Shown one piece after another: positions 43,042-53,005 of a stretch of DNA of 64,000 nt. The notes under the pieces are model-generated. The model did not search any database. It was not told the origin of the DNA and saw only the letters and a list, made by a program, of their open reading frames with translations. Where the stretch lies: assembly GCA_015233335.1 (NCBI GenBank), contig JADFXX010000001.1, positions 70,302-134,301 on the forward strand, given 5' to 3'. This stretch comes from Candidatus Omnitrophota bacterium (GTDB taxonomy: Bacteria; Omnitrophota; Gorgyraeia; Zapsychrales; Fredricksoniimonadaceae). Positions within the stretch are counted from its first letter, which is position 1; the number at the start of each line of letters is the position of its first letter. The position numbers were made by a program, and so were the translations under genes.

Positions 43042-45825
43042 ATGCTTCAACGAATGACCCTACTTCTGGTTTTCATTCTGGTCCTGCCTTTTACGTTAAA
43101 TGAAAGCCATGCACAAGCTGTTGTGACAAACACCCCCAAGGCGAAAGCCCCTGTTTCTGATGACGATTGTTTGGCCTGTCACAACGATCCAAGCAGCGCG
43201 CCTTTTGTCGATCAAAAGAAATTTAAGACATCGGTTCATGGAGAAAGTCTCTGTACCGGCTGTCATAAGGATTTGATCGGCAGTGATTTCCCCCATAAGA
43301 CTCCTTTAGCACCGGTTGATTGCGGACAATGTCATGCCGAACAACAAACTCGATTTTCAGATAGTGTTCACGGCCATGCACTGTCCCGTCAAGATAAGCT
43401 GGCTCCACGTTGTGTTAACTGCCACGGCAACCACGATATTCTTCCTGTGAAGGACCCTAAATCAAATGTAGCGCCCTTTCATATTCCTTTTGTTTGCGGT
43501 TCATGCCATAGTGAAGGCAAACCAGTTGCCCTTCAGCGGGAGATCCATGCAGATCACATTTTAGAGAACTATTCCGAAAGCATCCATGGAGAAGGGCTTC
43601 TTAAAAAAGGCCTTAATGTCACGGCAACTTGCGCCTCCTGCCATCGGGCCCATCAAATCCTTCCTCATTCTGATCCCCGCTCCTCGATTGCCCGCGATAA
43701 TATAGTCAAGACCTGTCTGCAATGCCACAGCCAGATCGAACAAGTTCATCGCAAGATCATCAAAGGGGAATTATGGGAACAAAACCCCCAAAGCATCCCT
43801 GTTTGCGTCGACTGCCATCAGCCCCACAAGGTACGAAAAGTTTACTACGCACAAGGAGTCGCTGACCGGGACTGCCTGACCTGTCATTCCAATAGAGGCA
43901 TCGTTTCATCCCGTGATCAGCATTCGCTTTTTGTTAACGAACAGGAGATCAACGATTCTATTCATGCCAAGATTGCCTGTGCCCAGTGCCATACACAGGT
44001 ATCTGTTTCCAAGGTGCGCTCCTGCGAAACAATCACAAAGCCGGTGGATTGCGCCATCTGCCACAGTGGGCAAGTCGAGCTTTACCAGCAGGGAATTCAC
44101 GGAAAATTATTTAAAGCAGGCAGTCCCAACGCCCCCTCCTGCAGGGATTGTCACGGGACACATGCGATCCTCTCACATAAGGACCTTAAATCACCTTCTT
44201 ATCCGACTAATATCCCCACCCTTTGCGCCCGGTGTCATCGTGAAAATGAAAAAGCAGCCCTTCTTTATAGAGGGAATGAGCACCAGATCACAACCAATTA
44301 TATAGAAAGCATCCATGGTAAAGGTCTCTTAGACAGCGGTCTGGTTGTGACCGCCACCTGTACAAGCTGTCACTCCGCCCACAAACAGCTGCCTGCCTCA
44401 GATGCCGCATCTTCAGTGAACCGTAACAATATAGCGGCCACCTGTTCCGCATGCCATAAAGGTGTTTATGAAAAATATATAAAAAGCGTTCATGCCATAG
44501 GCCGTGGGGAAAACTCAGATCAATTACCGGCCTGCAATAATTGCCATACGGCCCATACCATTAAAAGAACTGATGAGAGTAGTTTTAAGTTTGATATCAT
44601 GAACAGTTGCGGAAAATGTCATAAAGAGATTGCAGAAACTTACTTTCAAACAGTCCACGGGAAAGCATCCAAACTCGGATTCGCTAAATCTGCTAAATGC
44701 CAGGATTGCCATGGTTCCCATGAAATTCTGCCCGTGACCGACCCTCACTCGTCCTTAAGCCGCAAGAACATCGTTGCGACCTGCCAGAAATGCCATGTTG
44801 GCGCACCAAGACGTTTTGCCGGCTATCTGACCCATGCCACCCACCATGATCCCAAGAAATATCCTTGGATATTCTGGACATTCTGGTTTATGACGGGTCT
44901 GTTGGTCATGACCTTTACGTTAAGCATTCTCCATACGCTCTTGTGGCTGCCCAAATCGCTCGAAATGAGACGGCTCTATCCGCCCAAGTATGATCCGTCG
45001 GAAAAACAATACGTGCGTTTCCCGGTATTTTACCGGATACTCCATATCATCATGATCATAAGCTTCCTGACACTGACCACGACCGGCATGATGCTGAAGT
45101 TCTCATATACTCATTGGGCGGCGCTTATCTCGACGATGATCGGCGGCTTTGCGGTTTCAAGCTTTCTGCATCGCTGTGCGGCGGTCACCCTCTTCGGCCT
45201 TTTTATCGCTCATGTCTGGCATCTTCTCTATTTCAAACGGCTGGAGTCCAAGAGCTTCAAAGAAGTTCTTTTTGGGCCGGACAGTATTCTGTTTTCAAAA
45301 AAAGACCTGAAAGAAATTGCAGCCACGATGAAATGGTATTTGGGAAAGGGGCCATATCCAAAATACGGACGCTGGACTTATTGGGAAAAATTTGATTATT
45401 TTGCCGTACTTTGGGGGATCGTGATCATCGGCACCTCAGGCCTTATGCTTTGGTTCCCTGAGGGCTTTACACACGTTTTACCCGGATGGGTCATCAATGT
45501 AGCGACCATCATCCACAGCGACGAAGCCTTGCTGGCCGCAGGGTTTATTTTCACCATTCACTTTTTTAATACTCACTTTAGGCCCGAAAAGTTCCCTATG
45601 GATACGGTGATCTTCACCGGCCGCATGTCTATTGAAGAATTAAAACGTGAACGCCCATTGGAATACGAAGCTTTGGTCAACAGCGGCAAGCTTGAAGGAC
45701 AGATGGTAGAGCCCATGCCACCCAAAAAGATATTAGCTTTAAGGGTCTTCGGCTGGACAGCCCTGTCGATCGGATTGGTATTAGTTATTTGTATTATTTA
45801 TACGATGATTTTCGGGTATAAGTAA
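43042..45825 (+). CDS. 19-haem cytochrome c fused to a FdnI/HydC-type membrane cytochrome b domain (CbcL-like)
   Basis: 927 aa with a signal peptide. 19 CxxCH motifs counted in aa 43-585. The C-terminal roughly 330 aa (nt ~44839-45825) has about 6 TM helices with conserved-looking His residues (ILHII, FLHRC, IAHVWH, IIHSDE, TIHFFNTHF). Confidence 0.85.
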   Translation: MLQRMTLLLVFILVLPFTLNESHAQAVVTNTPKAKAPVSDDDCLACHNDPSSAPFVDQKKFKTSVHGESLCTGCHKDLIGSDFPHKTPLAPVDCGQCHAEQQTRFSDSVHGHALSRQDKLAPRCVNCHGNHDILPVKDPKSNVAPFHIPFVCGSCHSEGKPVALQREIHADHILENYSESIHGEGLLKKGLNVTATCASCHRAHQILPHSDPRSSIARDNIVKTCLQCHSQIEQVHRKIIKGELWEQNPQSIPVCVDCHQPHKVRKVYYAQGVADRDCLTCHSNRGIVSSRDQHSLFVNEQEINDSIHAKIACAQCHTQVSVSKVRSCETITKPVDCAICHSGQVELYQQGIHGKLFKAGSPNAPSCRDCHGTHAILSHKDLKSPSYPTNIPTLCARCHRENEKAALLYRGNEHQITTNYIESIHGKGLLDSGLVVTATCTSCHSAHKQLPASDAASSVNRNNIAATCSACHKGVYEKYIKSVHAIGRGENSDQLPACNNCHTAHTIKRTDESSFKFDIMNSCGKCHKEIAETYFQTVHGKASKLGFAKSAKCQDCHGSHEILPVTDPHSSLSRKNIVATCQKCHVGAPRRFAGYLTHATHHDPKKYPWIFWTFWFMTGLLVMTFTLSILHTLLWLPKSLEMRRLYPPKYDPSEKQYVRFPVFYRILHIIMIISFLTLTTTGMMLKFSYTHWAALISTMIGGFAVSSFLHRCAAVTLFGLFIAHVWHLLYFKRLESKSFKEVLFGPDSILFSKKDLKEIAATMKWYLGKGPYPKYGRWTYWEKFDYFAVLWGIVIIGTSGLMLWFPEGFTHVLPGWVINVATIIHSDEALLAAGFIFTIHFFNTHFRPEKFPMDTVIFTGRMSIEELKRERPLEYEALVNSGKLEGQMVEPMPPKKILALRVFGWTALSIGLVLVICIIYTMIFGYK

Positions 45826-46809
45826 GCGCAGGCGAAATAATCCCGGCGATGCTTTGAGATAGCGCTCAGAAGAGATCTCCTTTAACCAAAAATTTTTCGT
45901 ATCGGCGTTTTCTTCAATACGGTCATCCCCGATATGCTGGCCCTTAAACATCGGCATAACATCCCAATTGGAATCAATATAACAAAAAGCTTCAATATTC
46001 CAGTCCCTGATAAAGCGGAATAGATGATTTAAAAAATCGATCTTGCCTTGGACCGTATACATTCCCCAAGGGGTCGATTCAGCGATCATAAAAGGCTTAT
46101 GATGTTCCCGGGCTAATTTCACAAAATCTGATGTTCTCCAAAGCCCGCTTGGCATTGCGAACATGCTGGCAGCAAACCAGTCCACATAATCATCCCCCGG
46201 GTACCAATCGATCCACTGAAAAGCGGATTTGTCCCCCCAGCAATAGGAATGCCAGACCCAGGCCGCATTGTTCACTCCTTCTTTACGCAAAAAATCCACC
46301 ACATAGCGGAAAGCCCGTTTATATTTTTGGGGATCATAATGGTTCAAAGGATTATCAAACTCATAACCGATGCGCAGATAAACCGGCCGATCAGCTTTTT
46401 TAAGCCACTGGGCCAATGTTTTCAAATTGGCATCATACGTTCCGGCGATCGTATCATCAAGCGCATCCACCATGTATAAGCCGATCTGAACAACAGAATT
46501 AGGATAAACCCTTAAAAGGGCATCGCCATCCATCGGTCCGGATCCAAGATCACTTGGCGACTTAAGCCCCTCCATTTTCTGGATTGAAGAATACATCATA
46601 GTCCCGCCGGGAGTATTGCCGGTTGCGCGGACATACCCGGCAATGGTATCGCGGTCCTGTCCGACCAAAAGAAGAGTCTTTCCCGACGGAGGAACAAACG
46701 GAGCTGAAGCAGAAAATACCGGGCAGGCCGCCATGATGAGCAGTACTGTGCAAATTACAAGCACAGAACAGACGATATCGGGCTTATTCTTTTGTGTAAT
46801 TGTTTTCAT
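45781..46809 (-). CDS. secreted clan GH-A glycoside-hydrolase-like protein (GH26-like)
   Basis: 342 aa; signal peptide; RIGYEFDNP, WVWH, WYPGDDYVDW, FMIAEST resemble GH26/GH5-type strand-end motifs. Tentative. The 3' end overlaps the convergent cytochrome gene by 45 nt. Confidence 0.45.
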   Translation of the reverse strand: MKTITQKNKPDIVCSVLVICTVLLIMAACPVFSASAPFVPPSGKTLLLVGQDRDTIAGYVRATGNTPGGTMMYSSIQKMEGLKSPSDLGSGPMDGDALLRVYPNSVVQIGLYMVDALDDTIAGTYDANLKTLAQWLKKADRPVYLRIGYEFDNPLNHYDPQKYKRAFRYVVDFLRKEGVNNAAWVWHSYCWGDKSAFQWIDWYPGDDYVDWFAASMFAMPSGLWRTSDFVKLAREHHKPFMIAESTPWGMYTVQGKIDFLNHLFRFIRDWNIEAFCYIDSNWDVMPMFKGQHIGDDRIEENADTKNFWLKEISSERYLKASPGLFRLRLLIPENHRINNTNN

Positions 46810-47515
46810 GGGAATTTATTCTACAAAAAATCTTCACAAATATAATTCCTAGTTCATACAAGATCATAAGCGGGATTGCCAGTGTCAGTTGGGAGGCGAT
46901 ATCAGGCGGAGTCAGAAAAGCCGCGGCAATCAGAATGATAATAATAGCATGCCGCCTCTTCTGACAGAGAAATTCCGGAGTGGCGATGCCGATTTTGGCT
47001 AGAAATGCCAGAACAAGCGGAAGCTCAAAGGCCGCGCCAAAGGCCACGATCATGTGCCCCAAGAACCCCAAATAATTCTTCACCGTCACCATAGGGACCA
47101 GATACTCCGAAGAAAAACTCATCAGGAATCTGTAGGCCATGGGTACGGCTACAAAATACGCGAAAGCCCCGCCCGATATAAAAAACACAAGCGATAAAGG
47201 CGCAAAGATCAAAACAAATTTCTTTTCGGAAGGCTTGAGGGCCCCGGCCACAAAAGCCCAGATCTGATAAAGAATATACGGAGAGGCGACCAGCAGGGCC
47301 AAAACCGCGTCTAATATCATGGTGGCCGAAAACGCCTCACCGGGCGCGGTAAAGACCAAGCGGCCTGCCGGATGCGTCAGCACGGGGATGAGCTTGCCGA
47401 CATAGCTATAACATAGGCAAAGGGCTAAAACATAAGCGCCCGCGGACTTGATCATCCGCGAGCGCAGTTCTTCCAAATGCTTAAAAAACGACTGAAAAAA
47501 AGGGTTCAAACTCAC
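46784..47515 (-). CDS. tatC: twin-arginine translocase subunit TatC
   Basis: 243 aa; FKHLEELRSR, six TM helices, PPD motif (LTPPDIASQ). The GTG start overlaps the tatA stop (GTGA). Confidence 0.9.
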   Translation of the reverse strand: MSLNPFFQSFFKHLEELRSRMIKSAGAYVLALCLCYSYVGKLIPVLTHPAGRLVFTAPGEAFSATMILDAVLALLVASPYILYQIWAFVAGALKPSEKKFVLIFAPLSLVFFISGGAFAYFVAVPMAYRFLMSFSSEYLVPMVTVKNYLGFLGHMIVAFGAAFELPLVLAFLAKIGIATPEFLCQKRRHAIIIILIAAAFLTPPDIASQLTLAIPLMILYELGIIFVKIFCRINSHENNYTKE

Positions 47516-47685
47516 TGTGGCTTAGAATCGATCGGCTTTTTGACATCTTCTTCGGTATCGCGTAAATTCTTTTTAAACTCGCGGATGGCCTTACCTAAAG
47601 CAGCGCCGACCTCAGGTAATTTTTGTGCTCCAAAAAGCAGAATAAATACAACCAAAATCAAAATCAACTCAGGCATACGGCCCAT
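47512..47685 (-). CDS. tatA: twin-arginine translocase subunit TatA/E (not in the ORF track, 57 aa)
   Basis: Hand translation of the minus strand gives MGRMPELILILVVFILLFGAQKLPEVGAALGKAIREFKKNLRDTEEDVKKPIDSKPQ*. The FGAQKLPE..A.GKAIREFKK string is the TatA signature. Confidence 0.85.
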   Translation of the reverse strand: MGRMPELILILVVFILLFGAQKLPEVGAALGKAIREFKKNLRDTEEDVKKPIDSKPQ

Positions 47686-47770
47686 ATTCAACGCTCCTTA
47701 ACAAAACCTAAAGTATGATTAATAATTAAAAAATATTATATAACCGATGTAATAAAGCGACAAGCACTAT

Positions 47771-47788
47771 CTCTGGGCCTTCCCAGAG
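47771..47788 (-). terminator. short GC-rich hairpin just after the tetrahaem cytochrome stop
   Basis: CTCTGGG-cctt-CCCAGAG, a 7-bp perfect stem, 2 nt downstream of the stop at 47791-47793. No clear U-tract follows, so this is a weak call. Confidence 0.3.
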
Positions 47789-47790
47789 CG

Positions 47791-48342
47791 TCACCCTTTA
47801 GGCATCGGATGTTTTATTTTTTCCCACATGGTTTTAAAATCAAACGTTTTGGCAGTAGGTGATTCGGAGTTGTGGCATTTAGCACATGTCTTTTCATCCG
47901 GCACCTTCAGGCCCCCGTCGATCGATTGTTGCTTATCCTTCATAATACTCATCTTCATATAATCTTTCCCTGCTCCGTGACAGGATTCGCAAGAAACCCC
48001 CTCTTCAACAGTGACCTTATCCGTCACCTTATTTTCGCTGAATCCATAGGCGGTGGAGTGGCACTTTAAACATTTGCCGCTGGCCTGAGGATTATCGACC
48101 CCAAATTTTTTGCCAACGTCCTTGGCTTGGGCGGTCCCCAGTGTATCAAAAGCTTTAGCATGGGATGACCCTTGCCAGATGACCGCCTGTTGTCCCATTT
48201 TCTCACTTTTATGGCACATAGAACATTTACTCACGCCCACAAATTCATGATCAGGAGTCTGGGCCATAGAATTAGAGGCACACATAAAAATTACACCGGC
48301 CCCCAAGATCATCCACAACCCTAAAAACCATTTTTTATTCAT
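47791..48342 (-). CDS. periplasmic tetrahaem cytochrome c
   Basis: 183 aa; signal peptide; CSMCH, CLKCH, CESCH, CAKCH. Confidence 0.85.
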   Translation of the reverse strand: MNKKWFLGLWMILGAGVIFMCASNSMAQTPDHEFVGVSKCSMCHKSEKMGQQAVIWQGSSHAKAFDTLGTAQAKDVGKKFGVDNPQASGKCLKCHSTAYGFSENKVTDKVTVEEGVSCESCHGAGKDYMKMSIMKDKQQSIDGGLKVPDEKTCAKCHNSESPTAKTFDFKTMWEKIKHPMPKG

Positions 48343-48361
48343 TTAAAATGCTCCTCTCTCT

Positions 48362-49570
48362 TCAATCTTTTTCGAGCGTTGGAATAAGTTTATTAAGTGC
48401 AAAAAAGAACAAGAAAGGCAACATAATGATCGTCAATGCCCCTAGCAGCCCTTCTTTATATGTTTCCAGACTATGCGGGATAATAGGCAGTTCAAAATGC
48501 ATAAAACCCGCCCATGACAAAGAGAAAGCCTGCCCGCCTATAACAACATTCCAGCGCATCATAAAAACGCCAAAAAGTATTAAGGTAGTCGCGGTCAGTA
48601 TTTTTCCCATCGACAGCGGTTTTCGCAAAAGAATGATCAATGGCACCAAATTGCCGCAGAAATACTGGAACAAAAAGATGCTTAAAAAATCCTTTTCATA
48701 AATAACCGAACGCAGAATATTCCATGATTTCATGGCCGTATAGCCTCTGAACACCATATCCAAAAGTTCCAAAGAAATAGCAAAGACCAAAAAGATCAAG
48801 AGATACTTCGTCGCCATGCGTACGGCATCCAGTTCTTTTTTCGGCATAGCGGACTTCGAACGCCACAAGTTAATTAAGGAATAAAATAAAATACAAAGGG
48901 CGATACCGGACACAGCCGCCGAAACGATAAATATAACCGGCATCAGGGGCGTCATCCACATAGCATTGGCCTTAACAGAGCCGAAAATAAATCCGGCATA
49001 ACCATGCAGGAAGCAAGCCACGGGGATCCCTGTACTGGCCAAAATTTTAGTAACCTTCTCATCTTTCTCAATCGCATCATGCCCGATATCCCAGGCCCCC
49101 AGCGTTAATACGCCATAAGTGACCCTTCTGGCCTGATTGAGCCAACCTTTGCGTCCAACCAATGCCTTTGCCTGTTCGACAAAGTATCTGCGGTAAATAA
49201 ACCATATTTCCATCGATACGATCGCGAAATAAAGGGAATAGACCATGCCAAATGCGGCGATGGCGGAAGTAAAATGCGGAGTGAAAAAAACCTCTTCACA
49301 TCGCAAAGGTTGTTGTAAATGAAGCAAAAGCGGCAAAGGAGCTGCCCACAAAAGAGCAAAGGAAAAAATAAGCGAAAACTTTGCTATCCTTTTTAATTCC
49401 TGCCGGGCGAAGACATGGTACAAAGAAGACAACACAAAAGCCCCGGCCACAAGTCCGGTCATAAAAGGATACATGACGATCTGAATACCCCAGTAAATAT
49501 ACTCATTGGGATAAACAAACAATTCCTTGACCGTCCACTCCGATCCATGAACTATGACAGGATGGATCAC
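48362..49570 (-). CDS. NrfD/PsrC-family integral membrane quinone-interacting subunit
   Basis: 402 aa with about 10 TM helices. Follows a Tat-dependent 4x[4Fe-4S] subunit, the canonical NrfD-family pairing. Confidence 0.8.
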   Translation of the reverse strand: MIHPVIVHGSEWTVKELFVYPNEYIYWGIQIVMYPFMTGLVAGAFVLSSLYHVFARQELKRIAKFSLIFSFALLWAAPLPLLLHLQQPLRCEEVFFTPHFTSAIAAFGMVYSLYFAIVSMEIWFIYRRYFVEQAKALVGRKGWLNQARRVTYGVLTLGAWDIGHDAIEKDEKVTKILASTGIPVACFLHGYAGFIFGSVKANAMWMTPLMPVIFIVSAAVSGIALCILFYSLINLWRSKSAMPKKELDAVRMATKYLLIFLVFAISLELLDMVFRGYTAMKSWNILRSVIYEKDFLSIFLFQYFCGNLVPLIILLRKPLSMGKILTATTLILFGVFMMRWNVVIGGQAFSLSWAGFMHFELPIIPHSLETYKEGLLGALTIIMLPFLFFFALNKLIPTLEKD

Positions 49571-49574
49571 TGCC

Positions 49575-50363
49575 TCACCTCACCGATCTATCCAGGCCCA
49601 GATAATAAGCCTGAGGGTCTGTCCCATATTCTTCTTTTAATACAGAGACCCTTTCATTTAAAACTATTTTGGTCACCGGATCATCAGGGTCTTTGATATT
49701 TCCTATTTGTCTTGCCCCAACCGGACAATTCTGAACACAAGCGGGTTTTAATCCCTTGACCGTACGGTGATAACAAAAATTACACTTCTCAGCGACTTTA
49801 AGCTCAGGGTTAAAGAATCTGGCGCTATACGGACAGGCTTCAATGCAATACCCGCAGCCGATACACCATTTCCTGTCAACCATGACAATCCCCTCTTTGA
49901 TCTGATAGGTTGCCCCGACAGGGCATACCTGCACGCAAGGCGGATTTTCACACTGGTTGCAAAGCTTGGGAACAAAGAACCCTTTGGCAATCTCAGATGG
50001 GGGCACTGCCTGGCCTTCGATCGCGGCATCAATAAATCCGTCCCGTCCGGCCTTGGGAGAATCAATAAGAGTGTCCCCGTCTTTTTTGACCACATATCTC
50101 TCGACCCAGGTCCGGGATACCGGCGCATCGTAAGCGATCTCATTTTCCTGCTTACAAGCCTTGACACAAAAACCACAGCCGATACATTTATTCGTGTCCA
50201 CCAAGAATACCCATCGTCGCTTGGTATTTTGCACAAAGGCCAAGGCCTCACTAGGCCCGAGGATTTTAAAGGCCGCCGGAGATAGGGCTACAGCGGCTAC
50301 CCCCATACATACGGTCTTTATAAATTTCCTTCGTTCTTGATCCACAGGTTCATTATTTTCCAT
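49575..50363 (-). CDS. Tat-exported 4x[4Fe-4S] ferredoxin-like subunit (PsrB/NrfC/HybA/DsrO family)
   Basis: 262 aa; twin-arginine signal QERRKFIKT. Four Cys clusters: CIGCGFCVKAC, CNQCENPPCVQVCP, CIGCGYCIEACP, CNFC...CVQNCP. Confidence 0.9.
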   Translation of the reverse strand: MENNEPVDQERRKFIKTVCMGVAAVALSPAAFKILGPSEALAFVQNTKRRWVFLVDTNKCIGCGFCVKACKQENEIAYDAPVSRTWVERYVVKKDGDTLIDSPKAGRDGFIDAAIEGQAVPPSEIAKGFFVPKLCNQCENPPCVQVCPVGATYQIKEGIVMVDRKWCIGCGYCIEACPYSARFFNPELKVAEKCNFCYHRTVKGLKPACVQNCPVGARQIGNIKDPDDPVTKIVLNERVSVLKEEYGTDPQAYYLGLDRSVR

Positions 50364-50886
50364 TGATCGCTGCCCCCGTTTCCTTCAAATTAGTCCCGGC
50401 CAGATTGTTATCAACCGTACGGCTAGGCCCGTTGGGATGATGCGGATCATGACATGAACAACACTCTTTCCCGGGATAATGCTGTTGCGGGTCAATCCCT
50501 TTGATCTGACCGCGTAAGCTAGTCGGATAATTGAGTTTTGTATGGCATCGTTCGCAAAGCTCACGACTTTTGTCAATGGGAAGCTTCTCAATGGTATCAG
50601 GATGGCCAACCGCAGGCCCATGGCAATTTTCACATTGAATGATCTTATGTGGGGATGCTATGATCTTTTTAAAATTCTCATCATGGCAGTCGGCACAATA
50701 TTCTCTTGACTGGTATTTGACTTTAAAATCTGCCCACTCTTTTTCATTGCCTTGCCTGTGATAACTGTACATAAAGCCCCTGTCCCCCACTTTAAAGTCC
50801 TTGGGGACAAAAAAATGCCGTACTGTGATAAGAATCACAAATACGGCAAGAACGACTAAAAATGGTCGTATCACATGATTATGCAT
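50353..50886 (-). CDS. membrane-anchored tetrahaem cytochrome c
   Basis: 177 aa; N-terminal TM helix (RPFLVVLAVFVILITV); CADCH, CENCH, CERCH, CSCH (CCSCHDPHH). Confidence 0.85.
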   Translation of the reverse strand: MHNHVIRPFLVVLAVFVILITVRHFFVPKDFKVGDRGFMYSYHRQGNEKEWADFKVKYQSREYCADCHDENFKKIIASPHKIIQCENCHGPAVGHPDTIEKLPIDKSRELCERCHTKLNYPTSLRGQIKGIDPQQHYPGKECCSCHDPHHPNGPSRTVDNNLAGTNLKETGAAINGK

Positions 50887-50914
50887 TAAATCCTTAAGGA
50901 TTTACTGACTTTCT

Positions 50915-52999
50915 TTACCAGGAAAACTTAGCATCGAGCATAAAAATGTTCGCTGAATAGTTGCCGGCGCCACCAACTCCCGCAACATCCCGATAGCTGG
51001 CGTGTTCATATTTAGGGCCTATCTTCAACCATTTATGATAGGTCCAATCAAGACCTGTTGTAAAGTTAAGCATCCTAAAATTAGACCCTAAAGGGACTCC
51101 GTTAGCAAAATTAACATAATTATCGGAGATCGTATAAGTCACGGTATTGGTCCATGTTAAATTATTTATAGGACTATAACTGTCTGAAAAACTCCAGCTA
51201 TTGTCTCCTGAGTTGAAAGTAGGAATATAAGGATAAGTTGCCGTATTAGCCCCGCCCGGCTCTGATGCGGCCAATGTCCTGACATAATTTTCCACGTGCG
51301 AATATGTCAGCATCAATAAAAGAGGGTCGATGGGCTGTAATGTAATGTCATACGTGAATACGGATGACAACATATGATTCTCGGATACGGGATAATGGGA
51401 CACCGATTCAGCCACTGCCGATGCCTGGGGATTATAAACAGTATCGATGAATTGATATTTCAATGAATTCTGCACCCATCGATACGGCTTCCAAGACAGA
51501 GTCGAATCTACCTGGGTTGAATTTATTTTTAAAGAATCAAGACAAATAAGATAGAGGGGATTGCTTACAGTAGCATCATCCGTATCATATCTGCTGTTTT
51601 CTATACGATGCTTAACCTGGTTTCTGATCGTAAAAAACCTGTTAGGCACAATATCCATACCGACAGTCCACGACGCTTTCTGGGTTCTATCCAGCCTGTT
51701 TTGATAATCTGCGTGGCCGGAGGCGTTATAATTCTCAATATTCCAATCTCTCCATTGCTCCATTGCACTTTCAGCGTACAGACTGGTATGAGATATACCT
51801 GAATAGCGCAGGGCGACGTGTTCCCCAACATGATCATTACGATTTTTGACATTCTGAGTATATGTATTCGCGTTCGTTGTTGGTATAGCATATTGAGATT
51901 GTACGCTGTTTTCCATGTGTTCATACCTGCCATCGGCAAGAAAAGTCAAATCAGGGGTCAAACTAGAATTTAAGTTCATCACCCAAACATGGTCACTCTC
52001 CACGCCATTAGCAAAGTTCCAATTCCACTTTGTTCCTGTAGCAGTAACGACGCCGCTTGAATTGATCGTTTGCGACAACACCTGCGTTAGATCGGTATCA
52101 TGAATGCGGTTATAATGATACCCCAACGCCACAAAGGTCTTGTCATTGAGCATCCACTTTTCGGCTCTAACCCCGGAGCCAAATAATTTGGCATCAGGGT
52201 ATTGACCATAGGTGACTTGGGTAATTGATGAAGCTGGATTGTAATTCAGACCCGGCATTATTGTTTGATTATGATTATAATCAACTTCAATTTTCTGGTC
52301 TCCTTTTAAAGTGACTCCGGCAACATCTTTTTTCTCTTTAAGGGTAATTCTGTCAATCGTATCATTGACCCCCATCCAGGCCGGAGCAATATTCCTACTG
52401 CCTAAACTAGACGTGGCAGAACCCCATGCCTCCATTGACTTATAGCCATCTTTAGAATCATGTTCATAAGTCAGGTCTATGAAAGGGTCCGTCATAGGTC
52501 CCAAGCCGGCTTCTAATTTGAAGTAACTGATATCTATTTGCAGATCAGGACTATTGGCATGAGCCCCGCTGACAACATTCTGTCCGGCCGTAGTTCCGTA
52601 GTTAGGATAGACCGCTCCGGTATTGTCATAATATTTTCTAAAAGCATTATAATCGATTTGCAAGAAAGCCAAGTCTCCCTTGGTTAAGGTTAAATGAGCG
52701 GTATAATCATCGGTTTTCTCGAATGCGCTTCCCTCAACACTAAGAGAAATGTCTTTATTAATGCTCTTAACAAAGGTGATATCACCGATACCGGCATTGC
52801 CGCCCTCCTTCATCCAATTAAGGGCTTGGAATTTACCCACATTTCCCTTAACATAGGCATACTGCACGACAGGAGACAGCGTGATGCTAAAAGGCGCTGT
52901 TGATTCCTGGGCCCAGGTAAACTGTCCTATCCCTGTCATCCAACTGGCTACTGTTAGCGTTAATAAGATTCGGAGGCTTCTCATATTTTTTCCTCTCAA
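50915..52999 (-). CDS. outer-membrane beta-barrel protein, MtrB/PioB-like porin candidate
   Basis: 694 aa; signal peptide ending TWAQE. Y/N/T/S/G-rich with alternating amphipathic strands and the C-terminal signature ...MLDAKFSW. Starts 7 nt after the 8-haem cytochrome gene. Confidence 0.65.
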   Translation of the reverse strand: MRGKNMRSLRILLTLTVASWMTGIGQFTWAQESTAPFSITLSPVVQYAYVKGNVGKFQALNWMKEGGNAGIGDITFVKSINKDISLSVEGSAFEKTDDYTAHLTLTKGDLAFLQIDYNAFRKYYDNTGAVYPNYGTTAGQNVVSGAHANSPDLQIDISYFKLEAGLGPMTDPFIDLTYEHDSKDGYKSMEAWGSATSSLGSRNIAPAWMGVNDTIDRITLKEKKDVAGVTLKGDQKIEVDYNHNQTIMPGLNYNPASSITQVTYGQYPDAKLFGSGVRAEKWMLNDKTFVALGYHYNRIHDTDLTQVLSQTINSSGVVTATGTKWNWNFANGVESDHVWVMNLNSSLTPDLTFLADGRYEHMENSVQSQYAIPTTNANTYTQNVKNRNDHVGEHVALRYSGISHTSLYAESAMEQWRDWNIENYNASGHADYQNRLDRTQKASWTVGMDIVPNRFFTIRNQVKHRIENSRYDTDDATVSNPLYLICLDSLKINSTQVDSTLSWKPYRWVQNSLKYQFIDTVYNPQASAVAESVSHYPVSENHMLSSVFTYDITLQPIDPLLLMLTYSHVENYVRTLAASEPGGANTATYPYIPTFNSGDNSWSFSDSYSPINNLTWTNTVTYTISDNYVNFANGVPLGSNFRMLNFTTGLDWTYHKWLKIGPKYEHASYRDVAGVGGAGNYSANIFMLDAKFSW

Positions 53000-53005
53000 A
53001 AAAGT

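Noticed and set aside
49748-50251. 167-aa same-strand alternative-frame ORF inside the FeS-subunit gene, plus other nested same-strand ORFs such as 6000..6227, 25160..25447 and 38951..39220
   Set aside because: The annotated frames contain the full 4x[4Fe-4S] Cys patterns or other family motifs. The alternative frames have none and would need overlapping translation. I treated them as chance open frames.
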